Assembly (NCBI GenBank): GCA_964531725.1
Contig: CAZHEM010000001.1
Location: 1 to 58,693 of the forward strand
DNA: 58,693 bases
Source of the DNA: an uncultured Acetatifactor sp.
Lineage (GTDB): Bacteria > Bacillota > Clostridia > Lachnospirales > Lachnospiraceae
Direction: 5' to 3'
Shown: positions 39,785 to 49,286 of the stretch, one piece after another
Position numbering within the stretch: the first letter of the stretch is position 1
Layout of the letters: each line of letters starts with the position of its first letter
The notes under the pieces: generated by a model
Databases searched by the model: none
The model's input: only the letters and a program-made list of their open reading frames with translations
Told to the model about the DNA's origin: nothing
Program-made: the position numbers and the translations under genes

Positions 39785-40702
39785 TTAAGCTAACTCTTCT
39801 AACTTTACTAAGTCTTCAACCTTCTCTATATTAAGGACCTTCACATCTTTATTTATCTTTCTCATGAATCCTGTTAATGTCTTACCAGGACCAATTTCGA
39901 TAAAGGTATCTACACCCTCAGCAATCATACGCTCAACGCTCTGCTGCCATCTTACAGAGGATGCCACCTGTTTGGTTAATAAGTCCTTTACCAGTGATTT
40001 ATCTGTAACATAATCTCCAGTTACATTTGATAAATAAGGAATCTTAATGTCATTAATTTCTACATTTGTAAGCTCTTCTCCAAGCTTCTCTCCTGCACCT
40101 GCAAGCATTGGTGAGTGGAAAGGTCCACTTACCTTAAGTGGTACACATCTCTTGGCACCAGCTTCTGCAAGAGCTTCTGCTGCTTTTGCTACTGCGCTCT
40201 CTTCGCCAGTAATAACAATCTGTCCTGGACAGTTGTAATTAGCGATAGACACTTGACCATCAATGTCAGCGCAAATCTTCTCAATTACTTCTGCATCAAG
40301 ACCAAGTACTGCAGTCATGGCACCACCAGTTGGCACTGCTTCCTGCATAAAAATACCGCGTTTACGCACAACGCGGAAAGCCTCTTCTGGTGTTAACACA
40401 CCACTAGCTACTAACGCACCATATTCACCCAAGCTTAAACCTGCTGTTACATCTGGGCAAATTCCCTTTTCTTCTAATACCTTGCAAATTGCCACCTCAG
40501 CTGCCACCATAGCAATCTGAGTATATTCTGTAATATTGATGTTCTCATTTTCCTCAAAACAGAGGGCTGGAATATCCAGCCCACTTGCTTTGCTTGCTAA
40601 ATCGAACATCTGACGGCTCACTTCATATGTATCATAAAAGTCTTTTGCCATACCCACATATTGTGCTCCCTGACCTGGAAACATAAATGCTATCTTGCTC
40701 AT
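39785..40702 (-). CDS. fabD: Malonyl-CoA:ACP transacylase
   Basis: FPGQGAQ, GLSLGEY, VSGPFHS, EIGPG. Confidence 0.97.
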   Translation of the reverse strand: MSKIAFMFPGQGAQYVGMAKDFYDTYEVSRQMFDLASKASGLDIPALCFEENENINITEYTQIAMVAAEVAICKVLEEKGICPDVTAGLSLGEYGALVASGVLTPEEAFRVVRKRGIFMQEAVPTGGAMTAVLGLDAEVIEKICADIDGQVSIANYNCPGQIVITGEESAVAKAAEALAEAGAKRCVPLKVSGPFHSPMLAGAGEKLGEELTNVEINDIKIPYLSNVTGDYVTDKSLVKDLLTKQVASSVRWQQSVERMIAEGVDTFIEIGPGKTLTGFMRKINKDVKVLNIEKVEDLVKLEELA

Positions 40703-40706
40703 TTAA

Positions 40707-41633
40707 CTAATTCCTTCCCAATAAAGCTGACGCTTCTGTCATAATCTCCTGAATCATTTCATTACAGGTCTGTTTCTTCTTAATCATACCTGCAATCTGT
40801 CCAGCCATAACTGTTCCATTCACAACATCACCATCCATAACAGCGTTGCGAAGAGAACCTAGAGTTAAGTGCTCTAATTCCTCAAGGCCAGCGCCTTCCT
40901 TCTCCAGACGAAGATATTCCTTTGTCATATTATTACGGATACTACGAATTGGATGACCATGTGACAAGCCTGTCACTTCTGAATCAATATCTTTAGCCTT
41001 GATAATTCTGTCTTTATAATTCTCGTGAGTAATTGCTTCTGTAGCTACACAGAAACGTGTACCCATCTGTACAGCCTCTGCACCAAGCATCATAGCTGCT
41101 GCAAATCCTCTTCCGTCTGCAATACCACCCGCTGCAATAACAGGAATAGATACTGCATCAACTACCTGAGGTACAAGAGTCATGGTTGTAGCAGAACCGA
41201 TATGTCCACCAGACTCAGTCCCTTCCGCTACTACTGCATCTGCGCCAGCTCTTTCCATAAGCTTCGCCATAGCAACACTAGCTACTACAGGAATAACCTT
41301 TACCCCTGCTTCCTTCCACATAGCCATATACTTAGCAGGGTTACCAGCACCAGTAGTTACTACCTTCACGCCTTCTTCTACAACAACCTTAGCGACCTCA
41401 TCAGCATTTGGATTCATAAGCATTACATTTACACCAAATGGCTTGTCTGTTAATGCCTTTGCCTTCTGAATCTGCTCTCTCACAATCTCAGGAGGTGCAC
41501 TGGCTGCACCAATGATACCCAATCCACCAGCGTTACTTACTGCTGCCGCAAGATTATATTCTGCAACCCAAGCCATGCCGCCTTGGATAATAGGATATTC
41601 TATTCCAAGTAATTCTGTGATTTTAGTCTTCAT
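40707..41633 (-). CDS. fabK: Enoyl-ACP reductase II
   Basis: IQGGMAWVA, TTGAGNP, EGTESGGH, AAGGIADGRG, MAGQIAG. Confidence 0.95.
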   Translation of the reverse strand: MKTKITELLGIEYPIIQGGMAWVAEYNLAAAVSNAGGLGIIGAASAPPEIVREQIQKAKALTDKPFGVNVMLMNPNADEVAKVVVEEGVKVVTTGAGNPAKYMAMWKEAGVKVIPVVASVAMAKLMERAGADAVVAEGTESGGHIGSATTMTLVPQVVDAVSIPVIAAGGIADGRGFAAAMMLGAEAVQMGTRFCVATEAITHENYKDRIIKAKDIDSEVTGLSHGHPIRSIRNNMTKEYLRLEKEGAGLEELEHLTLGSLRNAVMDGDVVNGTVMAGQIAGMIKKKQTCNEMIQEIMTEASALLGRN

Positions 41634-41860
41634 TATACTCCCTTAGCCTTCATGTACTCCATGATGTCACCAACAGTTGCAATATTCTCTAAATCTTCTG
41701 AAGGAATCTCAATTCCGTACTCTTCCTCAAAAGCCATAACTAATTCAAATAAATCTAAAGAGTCAGCACCTAAATCATCTTTAAAAGATGAGCTTTCAGT
41801 AATCTCAACTCCGTCTAAGTTTAACTGTTCCTCAATAATTTCTTTTACTCTTTCAAACAT
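41633..41860 (-). CDS. acpP: Acyl carrier protein
   Basis: DLGADSLD phosphopantetheine site; 75 aa, acidic. Confidence 0.97.
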   Translation of the reverse strand: MFERVKEIIEEQLNLDGVEITESSSFKDDLGADSLDLFELVMAFEEEYGIEIPSEDLENIATVGDIMEYMKAKGV

Positions 41861-41891
41861 CTTAAAATACTCCTTTTATTATTGTTTTCAA

Positions 41892-41936
41892 ATATTTTGA
41901 TATTCAAAGTATATTTATAAACAAAAGGTTTGTCAA
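41892..41936 (-). promoter_or_regulatory. fab operon SigA promoter with overlapping FabT-type operator
   Basis: TTGACA (41936-41931), 17 bp, TATACT (41913-41908); palindrome TTTGA-TAT-TCAAA (41896-41908) overlapping the -10/+1 region. Confidence 0.8.
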
Positions 41937-41973
41937 GTAAAATATAAACTTTTTTACCGACAAACCTGATATT

Positions 41974-42411
41974 TTACACCAATCCTTCTTTTTCCGCCCT
42001 ATGACGGCAACCTTCATCAGCCGAACCAATGACACAAATCTCTGCTTTTCCAGCGCGGATGCAAAGCTCACAAGCTGGGCATGGACGCATACCATCACCC
42101 AAAGGTCTTGGCACGCTTCCGCCCAAGGTACTATGCTCGCAGCTAGCACACCAGCAGGAGGCACATTCCTTAAAGCCACCTGCTTTAAAGCTTTTATTCA
42201 CTTTCTGGACTGTCACTTTTTGTTTTTCTACTTGTGACTGTTCTGCACACTTTGCTTCTCGCTCTACTTTTGCACTTTCCTGTCGCTCATCATTTGCCTC
42301 TTGCAGCTGTTCCGTACCTTCAACTTCCGAGGCTATTTCCTCTTCAACCGAGCTGTTCACCAGCATATCCAAAAAATTCAGTTGTCCTTCAATATCTTTC
42401 TTTCGTCCCAT
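41974..42411 (-). CDS. Hypothetical protein with Cys-rich C-terminal domain
   Basis: MGRKKDIEGQLNFLDM..., CASCWCASCEH...CPACELC...C...C. Likely ATG 42411. Confidence 0.6.
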   Translation of the reverse strand: MGRKKDIEGQLNFLDMLVNSSVEEEIASEVEGTEQLQEANDERQESAKVEREAKCAEQSQVEKQKVTVQKVNKSFKAGGFKECASCWCASCEHSTLGGSVPRPLGDGMRPCPACELCIRAGKAEICVIGSADEGCRHRAEKEGLV

Positions 42412-42478
42412 AATATCTCTCACCATTATTAGCGCACATAACACTAATTTCATTCTTTGGCGCAAATGTTCATCCACT

Positions 42479-43171
42479 CTAGATAAAGTTAGCAAATACA
42501 GATATGGTTAACACTGTCATAATACCTGCAACCACTATGGATAAACTACTCATAGCACCCTCTATTTCACCAATCTCCATAGCTTTCGCAGTACCCATAG
42601 CATGTGCTGAAGTTCCTATCGCCAATCCTTTCGCGATAGGGTCCGTAATCTTCGCCCATTTTAAAATAGTCTCTGCCATAATATTACCAAAGATTCCAGT
42701 GACACTGATTGCAACTACTGTAATAGTTGGTATACCACCCATTTTATCTGATACACCCATGCCAATTGCTGTAGTAATAGACTTCGGTAACAATGTCACA
42801 TATTGCTCATTAGTTAAGCCAAAAGCAAGGCTCATTAGGAAAATACTTACCATCGCCATCATAACACCAGACGCAATTCCCCCCAATATTGCTTTTGGAT
42901 ATTTTTTTAATAATTCCAATTGACGATACAATGGAATCGCCAAGCTTACCGTTGCTGGTGTTAGGAAATAGCTAATATACTTTGCTCCATATTGATAGCT
43001 TTCATATTCAATATCAAAGGTCAGTAAAAAAGTCACAATAATAATCACTGCAATCAATAGTGGATTTGCAAGCGCAAAATTTGTTTTCTTCTTAACCCAT
43101 AGTCCTATTTGATAGCAAAGGAGGCTTATTACCACTCCAAAGTACACAGATTGTGTTAATGCTTCTTTCAT
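42479..43171 (-). CDS. lrgB: LrgB/CidB family membrane protein
   Basis: NPLLIA, PATVSLAIPLY, PKSITTAIG, AHAMGTA. Confidence 0.93.
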   Translation of the reverse strand: MKEALTQSVYFGVVISLLCYQIGLWVKKKTNFALANPLLIAVIIIVTFLLTFDIEYESYQYGAKYISYFLTPATVSLAIPLYRQLELLKKYPKAILGGIASGVMMAMVSIFLMSLAFGLTNEQYVTLLPKSITTAIGMGVSDKMGGIPTITVVAISVTGIFGNIMAETILKWAKITDPIAKGLAIGTSAHAMGTAKAMEIGEIEGAMSSLSIVVAGIMTVLTISVFANFI

Positions 43172-43602
43172 GACTGTGTACCTCCTTCGCCGTTTTCACA
43201 CACCTCTCCTTGTGTTTGTTCCATTGGCTTCATTCCTTCAAGGGAGGCTCTTTTTCTCTCATCCATTCGCAAAATCCCCTGCGTAGTACGTCCCGTTGCA
43301 GTCATAATCAATATGGTAGACACAATGGAAATCACCACCAAAGGTACTAACATCTCCTTTAACGCCTGCACACTTGCCATAATACCTACCGTTGGTGGAA
43401 TAAACATAATAGGCAGAATCTCCACTAGAAAATCCGCTACATTTTCTACCTTTTCCAATGGAATAATCTTAGTAATCAACCCAATAAGCATTAGCACAAG
43501 TCCATACATACTGGCTGCCACTGGAAGAGGAATGAATTCCTCCATTAACTCTGCTATAAAAGAAATCGTTAATATAATTGCAAGTTGCTTTATAATTTTC
43601 AT
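43168..43602 (-). CDS. lrgA: CidA/LrgA family holin-like protein
   Basis: 'QLAIIL...PLPVAASMYGL...MFIPPTVG'; 4-bp overlap with lrgB. Confidence 0.9.
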   Translation of the reverse strand: MKIIKQLAIILTISFIAELMEEFIPLPVAASMYGLVLMLIGLITKIIPLEKVENVADFLVEILPIMFIPPTVGIMASVQALKEMLVPLVVISIVSTILIMTATGRTTQGILRMDERKRASLEGMKPMEQTQGEVCENGEGGTQS

Positions 43603-43660
43603 ATTTTATTCCTATATACACATTCCCGCATACTTACGCTTTTGCGCTTTATGTTATCTC

Positions 43661-45031
43661 TTATATTTTAATCTGTGTCCATTTTCCTCGTTTAAATCGA
43701 ATTGCACTTAAAGATAGTCTGGTGAATTGATCCGCCACAACGCCTAACCATACACCCATAATTCCCAATTGCAATACATATGCAAAGAAATAAGCACTAA
43801 TTGTTCTTACCACTGTAACGCCAAGCACTGTTGCCACCGCCGTATAAAACATATCACCTGCACCACGCAAGCAGCCTGTAAAAATAACCTGTGATATCTG
43901 CATCACAACAATGATAATCATGATTCGCATAATGACAACGCCAATTGCAATAATATTTTCTTCCACAAAGAACATACTATACAACCATTCTCCAGCTAAG
44001 AAATACACCCCTGCCAAAACAATGGAAATACAAGCACCTATCATCTGGCAAGTTCTTCCATATTCCTTTGCCAAATCAGGTTGTTTTGCACCTAGGCTGT
44101 AACCAATCAAAGCTACCGCCGTAGCCTGCAAACCATCACCAAAGGAGAAGGATAGGCTCATAATATTCATACCTACCTGGTGTGCTGCCATGGCATCTGT
44201 TCCCATATTTGCTGCCATAATGGAAGTAGACATAAATCCAATACGGAGCAAAAGCTGTTCTATAAACACACTATACGCTACATGTACTAATTCTTTAAAA
44301 GCAGTAAATCTAGGTCTAATTTTCTCTTGGAATATATAAATCAAGCTAACAAAAGTGTCTTTTTTACATACGGACAAAATACTCATAACGCTTGCTATGG
44401 CCGTTCCTAATACTGTAGCTATAGCTGCACCATGAATTCCTAGTGCTGGGAACCCCAAATGTCCACCAATCAGCAAATAATTTAAAACAATATTCGCACT
44501 ATTACCCACTAAGTTAGTACGCATGGTAATACGAGTGTTACCCGCCCCACGTTGTGCCGAATTTATTCCTGTTTGAATACAGTTGAATATCATACCGCCC
44601 ATAATAATACGGTAATATGCAACCGCACCTTCATGTGTATCTGCATTAGAACCGCATAGACGCATAATAGGATCTGCCAAGCTTACCATCGCAATACTTA
44701 TTATCACCGCAGCTACTAACATAAATACTAAAAAGGTAGCAAAAATACGGTTAGCACCCTCTCGATTCTGCTCGCCCTTTCTCCTAGCAACCAGTGCAGA
44801 TATGGATACGTTCATCGCAATAAAAAGGGAAAGCCCCACAAATTTAGGCTGGGTAGTCAAACCTACCGATGCCACACATGATGCCCCCAATGAACTTACC
44901 ATAAAAGAATCCACTAATCCCGCAAAGGCAGTAAAAAAAGATTCCAAAATAGCCGGCCATGCAATACCAAGAACCTTTATTATGTGTTCTTTTTCATAAT
45001 GAAAGATTTTATTTTTCTTGACGTTTTCCAT
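43661..45031 (-). CDS. MATE family efflux transporter
   Basis: About 12 TM; 'AWPAILE...VDSFMVSSLG', 'RGAGNT', 'LGIHGAAIAT', 'RFKRGKW'. Likely ATG 45031. Confidence 0.92.
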   Translation of the reverse strand: MENVKKNKIFHYEKEHIIKVLGIAWPAILESFFTAFAGLVDSFMVSSLGASCVASVGLTTQPKFVGLSLFIAMNVSISALVARRKGEQNREGANRIFATFLVFMLVAAVIISIAMVSLADPIMRLCGSNADTHEGAVAYYRIIMGGMIFNCIQTGINSAQRGAGNTRITMRTNLVGNSANIVLNYLLIGGHLGFPALGIHGAAIATVLGTAIASVMSILSVCKKDTFVSLIYIFQEKIRPRFTAFKELVHVAYSVFIEQLLLRIGFMSTSIMAANMGTDAMAAHQVGMNIMSLSFSFGDGLQATAVALIGYSLGAKQPDLAKEYGRTCQMIGACISIVLAGVYFLAGEWLYSMFFVEENIIAIGVVIMRIMIIIVVMQISQVIFTGCLRGAGDMFYTAVATVLGVTVVRTISAYFFAYVLQLGIMGVWLGVVADQFTRLSLSAIRFKRGKWTQIKI

Positions 45032-45078
45032 CTGATACGCATCCTTTCTACACTTGCATACCCCAAACATTCCCTCGC

Positions 45079-45258
45079 TTACATCTGATGACGCACTACT
45101 CCATATTCATCATCTATCCGAAAATAAGGACATTCTCTCTGGGTTCCTGATAAAAAACGATACATTTCGTCTTCATCCAAGTTCACCAGACAACAATAGC
45201 ATTCATAATCTTCATCATATACATAATTGACACACATGTCACAATTGGTCGTTGCCAT
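45079..45258 (-). CDS. 59-aa Cys-rich acidic protein (DUF6472-like)
   Basis: SD AGGAG; MATTNCDMCVNYVYDEDYECYCCLVNLDEDEMYRFLSGTQRECPYFRIDDEYGVVRHQM*. Below the ORF-track cutoff. Confidence 0.8.
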   Translation of the reverse strand: MATTNCDMCVNYVYDEDYECYCCLVNLDEDEMYRFLSGTQRECPYFRIDDEYGVVRHQM

Positions 45259-45344
45259 ATACTTCTCCTATCCTCCTGATTCCCGAGAATTTTCACACCG
45301 CTCATATTGCTGATATTCCCATTTTCTTAATTCCATACATTTTT

Positions 45345-46322
45345 TCATTTTTCGATTACTGCCGAATCCAACTTTTTCACATAGATTTCCGTCCATGCTG
45401 GCACGAATCCCGCTTTCAGTGCTACCGTCTGAGATACGGTATGGGATTCACTGGTCCCATAAAAAGGCACTTTTCCTCTACGAATAATCTCTTCCTTTAA
45501 CATAGACACCAACTCTGCTGCCAAACCTTTTCCCTGATGTTCCTTGTCTACATTAATGCCAATCTGCCACAGGTATTCTCCATCTGCACTGACTCCTGCC
45601 ATTCCACTAAGCTTAGACTGGTCAAAGGTCTTGTTGGAACCTTGTAGAATTGCCATTTCCCTTGCCTCAAAATGTGCTCTCGAATTCCATGCCGCTACCG
45701 CCAACATATCTGGTTGCGTCTTGGAAAAGCAGATGGCACTTTTAAAACGATTAGCTTCCTGAAATCTCAGTATCTCATCCTGTTCATACCATATGGTTGG
45801 AATCTGTGAGCGCCTCTTTGCTACCACATAGCCATCTTTACTTCCTTCGATTCCGCCTATTAATGGAATATCTTCCAATACATCCTCTTTTGATTCCTGT
45901 GCTTTCGGCAAATAGTACACATGTGTATCTGCAATACACCTTCCGTATTCCATTAACTTCTCGTCTATCCTACGCAAATTGGAATACTCACAGAACCACT
46001 CTGGCGCATAATTCTGGAAGGTTTCCACCGCCCAATCATAGATTTGTTCATCTACAGACAAAAACAACTGCCCCATACACATAACCGCTTTGAAAAAAGA
46101 ATCTTTTCCTTCGTAGCAACGTGCACCTGCTGCCGCTGGGAAGTTACTGTTTTCACCATACACTGTCTTGGTAATATAACACATCTGATTGGGATTTGCC
46201 TGATACTCTGCCCAATCCATAGAGATATCCAGACAAAACTGCTTGCGCGCAAGCTCCAAATATTTTTTATCTATTTTCATCTTACTACTCATATCCCTAA
46301 CGCTCATCATCTGTCCAAGCAC
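45345..46322 (-). CDS. GNAT family acetyltransferase
   Basis: C-terminal 'WQIGINVDKEHQGKGLAAELV...PFYGTSESHTVSQTVALKAGF'. Confidence 0.8.
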   Translation of the reverse strand: MLGQMMSVRDMSSKMKIDKKYLELARKQFCLDISMDWAEYQANPNQMCYITKTVYGENSNFPAAAGARCYEGKDSFFKAVMCMGQLFLSVDEQIYDWAVETFQNYAPEWFCEYSNLRRIDEKLMEYGRCIADTHVYYLPKAQESKEDVLEDIPLIGGIEGSKDGYVVAKRRSQIPTIWYEQDEILRFQEANRFKSAICFSKTQPDMLAVAAWNSRAHFEAREMAILQGSNKTFDQSKLSGMAGVSADGEYLWQIGINVDKEHQGKGLAAELVSMLKEEIIRRGKVPFYGTSESHTVSQTVALKAGFVPAWTEIYVKKLDSAVIEK

Positions 46323-46349
46323 ACACTTGTCTACAGATATCTGCCACTC

Positions 46350-47195
46350 TTATTCATTCCCATGCAGATACTGATATATCTCTCGCTTACCAACACCGCG
46401 GTCCTTGGCAACCTGCTTCATAGCACTCTTGTTATCCATACCTTGATTCTCATAATAAGCCATGTGTTCTTCAATGGACATTGCTTCCCAAGAAGCAATC
46501 TGCTCCTGACGCTTTTCTTCTAAGCTCTTACCTTCCACTACTAAGACATACTCACCTCTTGGCTCCTCTGTCTTATAGTATTCCAAAGCCTGCTCCAACG
46601 TAGTTGGCATTACGGTCTCGAACTTCTTGGTTAACTCTCTACACAAAGTAATCTTGCGCTCGCCAAGTACTTGATACAACTCCTCCAAGGTACGCACCAA
46701 ATGATGAGGCGCTTCATAGAGAATCATGGTACGACTCTCCCCTGCCAAGTCCTCTAACACCGCTTTCTTTTCCTTCTTATCTACTGGAAGAAAGCCTTCA
46801 AAACAGAATCTTCTGGTGCTAAGTCCAGATAAAGTCAACGCTGTAATACATGCCGCAGGTCCAGGAAGGGAAGTCACATGTACACCATTTTCATGGCACA
46901 TAGCAACCAGCACTTCACCGGGATCAGAGATAGCTGGTGTTCCCGCATCTGTAATCAATGCAATATCCTGCCCTGACAGTAATTGGCCAATTAACTGTTT
47001 CGCCTTTTCTACCTTATTATATTCATGGTAGCTGGTCATTGGTGTATGTATATCAAAATGATTTAATAGCTTGATGCTATTGCGAGTATCTTCCGCCGCA
47101 ATTACATCTACATTCTGTAATGTCTCCACTACACGTGGCGTCATATCACCTAAATTACCAATCGGTGTAGCACATAAAAATAATGTTCCTGCCAT
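46350..47195 (-). CDS. rsmI: 16S rRNA (cytidine(1402)-2'-O)-methyltransferase
   Basis: ATPIGNL, AEDTR, DAGTPAISDPG, FEGFLP, YEAPH, RELTKKFE. ATG 47195. Confidence 0.97.
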   Translation of the reverse strand: MAGTLFLCATPIGNLGDMTPRVVETLQNVDVIAAEDTRNSIKLLNHFDIHTPMTSYHEYNKVEKAKQLIGQLLSGQDIALITDAGTPAISDPGEVLVAMCHENGVHVTSLPGPAACITALTLSGLSTRRFCFEGFLPVDKKEKKAVLEDLAGESRTMILYEAPHHLVRTLEELYQVLGERKITLCRELTKKFETVMPTTLEQALEYYKTEEPRGEYVLVVEGKSLEEKRQEQIASWEAMSIEEHMAYYENQGMDNKSAMKQVAKDRGVGKREIYQYLHGNE

Positions 47196-47277
47196 ATTTT
47201 CCCTTTCTAACTGCTCTATTATCTGAATATCCACATAGCACTCAGTGTTCAATGTAAATCATTCCTTGAATCATCTT

Positions 47278-48030
47278 CTAGGATTGTGCCGTCTCATACC
47301 CATATATATCGTATATCTCTTCGGTATACACTCCCACTTCTTTATATACAATCAATGGTTTTTCCACTGTCATGCGAGGTTTTCCACCTCTAGTAGCTTC
47401 AATCAATACCATGTTAGGCTCTTTATCCACATAAGGATACACCAAACGCATGCGTTTAGGCTCTAATTTATATTGTGACATAGTTGTCATAATCTCTGCA
47501 AGTCGAAATGGTCTATGCACCATGTAAAAATGTCCACCTGGTTTTAATAATTTCGCCGCTTGACGAATAACATCATCCAATGTACACAATACTTCATGTC
47601 TTGCAATCGCTTTAGGCTCCTCGGGATTGGTAAGCCCATGTTGTCCTATCATATAAGGTGGGTTGCATGTGATACAATCAAAAGAAGCAGACGGGAAAAT
47701 ATTGTCTGCTTCTTTAATATCTCCGGTTACAATTGTAATCTTGTCTGACAAACCGTTTAATTCAACGCTTCGCCTTGCCATATCGGCACTTTCTTCCTGT
47801 ATCTCTAGACCTGTCAGATGGGAACATTCTGTCTTAGCTTCCATTAATATTGGAATGATTCCCGTTCCTGTTCCCATATCCAAGAGCTTGTCTCCTTTTC
47901 TCGCATGAGCGAAGCCAGACAATAATACTGCGTCCATGCCAAAGCAGAACTTCTCTGGATTCTGTATAATTTGATAGCCTTTTCTCTGCAACTCATCCAA
48001 TCGTTCTTTTTCTTTCAGAATAACTGTCAT
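47278..48030 (-). CDS. tRNA1(Val) adenine(37)-N6 methyltransferase (YabB/TrmN6 family)
   Basis: FGMDAVLL, DMGTGTG, NPPY, ARHE, VHRP. Confidence 0.92.
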   Translation of the reverse strand: MTVILKEKERLDELQRKGYQIIQNPEKFCFGMDAVLLSGFAHARKGDKLLDMGTGTGIIPILMEAKTECSHLTGLEIQEESADMARRSVELNGLSDKITIVTGDIKEADNIFPSASFDCITCNPPYMIGQHGLTNPEEPKAIARHEVLCTLDDVIRQAAKLLKPGGHFYMVHRPFRLAEIMTTMSQYKLEPKRMRLVYPYVDKEPNMVLIEATRGGKPRMTVEKPLIVYKEVGVYTEEIYDIYGYETAQS

Positions 48031-48051
48031 GGAGTATGCTTCCCTTCTTTT

Positions 48052-49152
48052 CTAACCATCCTGTTTTCGAGATTTCTTTTCGTACTTGTCGTTTCTTTCG
48101 CGCTTTTCGTTTCTATCGTACTTTTCGCTTCTTTCGCGCTTTTCGTTTCTATCGTACTTTTCGCTTTTTTCGCGCTTTTCGTTTCTATCGTACTTTTCGC
48201 TTCCTTCGCGTTTTTCGTTTCTATCGTACTTCTCAGTTCTCTCGTACTGTTCGTCTTTTGTCTGTCTCTCCTCTTTCTCAAGACGTTCCAACTCTTTCAG
48301 TTCTTCCTTTGAAAGATCCATCGTTTCTTTCTTATTGTGCTTTTTCTTGAAACGAAGCTTGTCTACTTCGTATTCACGAATCTCCTTCTCATCGTTTTCT
48401 TCCACGATAACCTTTACAAGCTGGCGAAGTACATTCACACTCTGTACCTCTCCCTTTAAGCCATCGTCAGTAGTCACATAATCACCAATGTTAGGGAGCT
48501 TACGGTTCAACTCTTCGTAAGTCTCTTCCTCGTGCTTTAAACAGCACATTAATCTACCACACACACCAGATATCTTGGTTGGATTCAGAGACAAGTTTTG
48601 TTCCTTTGCCATCTTAATAGATACTGGAATAAAGTCTGATAAATGTGTATGACAACAAAGAGGTCTACCACAGATACCAATACCACCTACAATCTTGGTC
48701 TCGTCACGCACACCGATCTGGCGCAACTCAATACGAGTCTTAAATACTGCTGCCAAATCCTTTACCAACTCACGGAAATCAATACGCCCGTCTGCGGTAA
48801 AATAGAACAATACCTTGTTATTATCAAAAGTATACTCCGCATCAATGAGCTTCATCTCCAACCCATGCTTGCGAATCTTCTCTAAGCAAATCTTGAATGC
48901 TTCTTTCTCTTTTGCTTTATTAGCAAGTTCCTGCTCTTTATCCTTCTGTGTAGCAATACGAAGCACTGGCTTCAAAGGCTGAATAACCTTGTCCTCTTCC
49001 ACCTCACGAATATCTGATACAACTGTACCGAACTCAATACCTCTGGCAGTCTCAACGATTACGTTGTCGCCTTTTTTTATCTCAAATTTCAATGGGTCAA
49101 AGAAATAAATCTTGCCCGCTGTACGGAATCTTACACCTATTACTTTTATCAT
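48052..49152 (-). CDS. ricT: RicT/YaaT (PSP1 domain) protein with repetitive charged C-terminal tail
   Basis: GVRF..AGKIY, FYFTADGRIDFRELVK, GICGRPLCC, SGVCGRLMCCL. Confidence 0.95.
   Translation of the reverse strand: MIKVIGVRFRTAGKIYFFDPLKFEIKKGDNVIVETARGIEFGTVVSDIREVEEDKVIQPLKPVLRIATQKDKEQELANKAKEKEAFKICLEKIRKHGLEMKLIDAEYTFDNNKVLFYFTADGRIDFRELVKDLAAVFKTRIELRQIGVRDETKIVGGIGICGRPLCCHTHLSDFIPVSIKMAKEQNLSLNPTKISGVCGRLMCCLKHEEETYEELNRKLPNIGDYVTTDDGLKGEVQSVNVLRQLVKVIVEENDEKEIREYEVDKLRFKKKHNKKETMDLSKEELKELERLEKEERQTKDEQYERTEKYDRNEKREGSEKYDRNEKREKSEKYDRNEKRERSEKYDRNEKRERNDKYEKKSRKQDG
48080..48248. repeat. 36-bp coding tandem repeat (about 4 copies plus degenerate flanks)
   Basis: Unit approximately TTCGCGCTTTTCGTTTCTATCGTACTTTTCGCTTCT, encoding EKYDRNEKRE(R/K/G)S. 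Confidence 0.9.
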
Positions 49153-49220
49153 TTATATACCTCACTTTTATATCAAAGCCTCCCAAGGCTCATTTACTGG
49201 GATTATTCCCCATTACTACA

Positions 49221-49265
49221 AAAATAGCAGTTACTCGTCCATCAGACGATACTAACTGCTATTTT
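49221..49265. terminator. Rho-independent terminator after the inserted lipoprotein gene
   Basis: AAAATAGCAGTTA...TAACTGCTATTTT. Confidence 0.75.
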
Positions 49266-49286
49266 AACATACTTCTTATAAAAAAA

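Noticed and set aside
42479-43602. Holin-like genes as a prophage sign
   Set aside because: lrgAB/cidAB are ordinary chromosomal genes, and no phage genes are nearby.
48080-48248. Possible CRISPR array (36-bp repeats)
   Set aside because: Repeats are head-to-tail with no spacers, in frame within ricT, and no cas genes are present.
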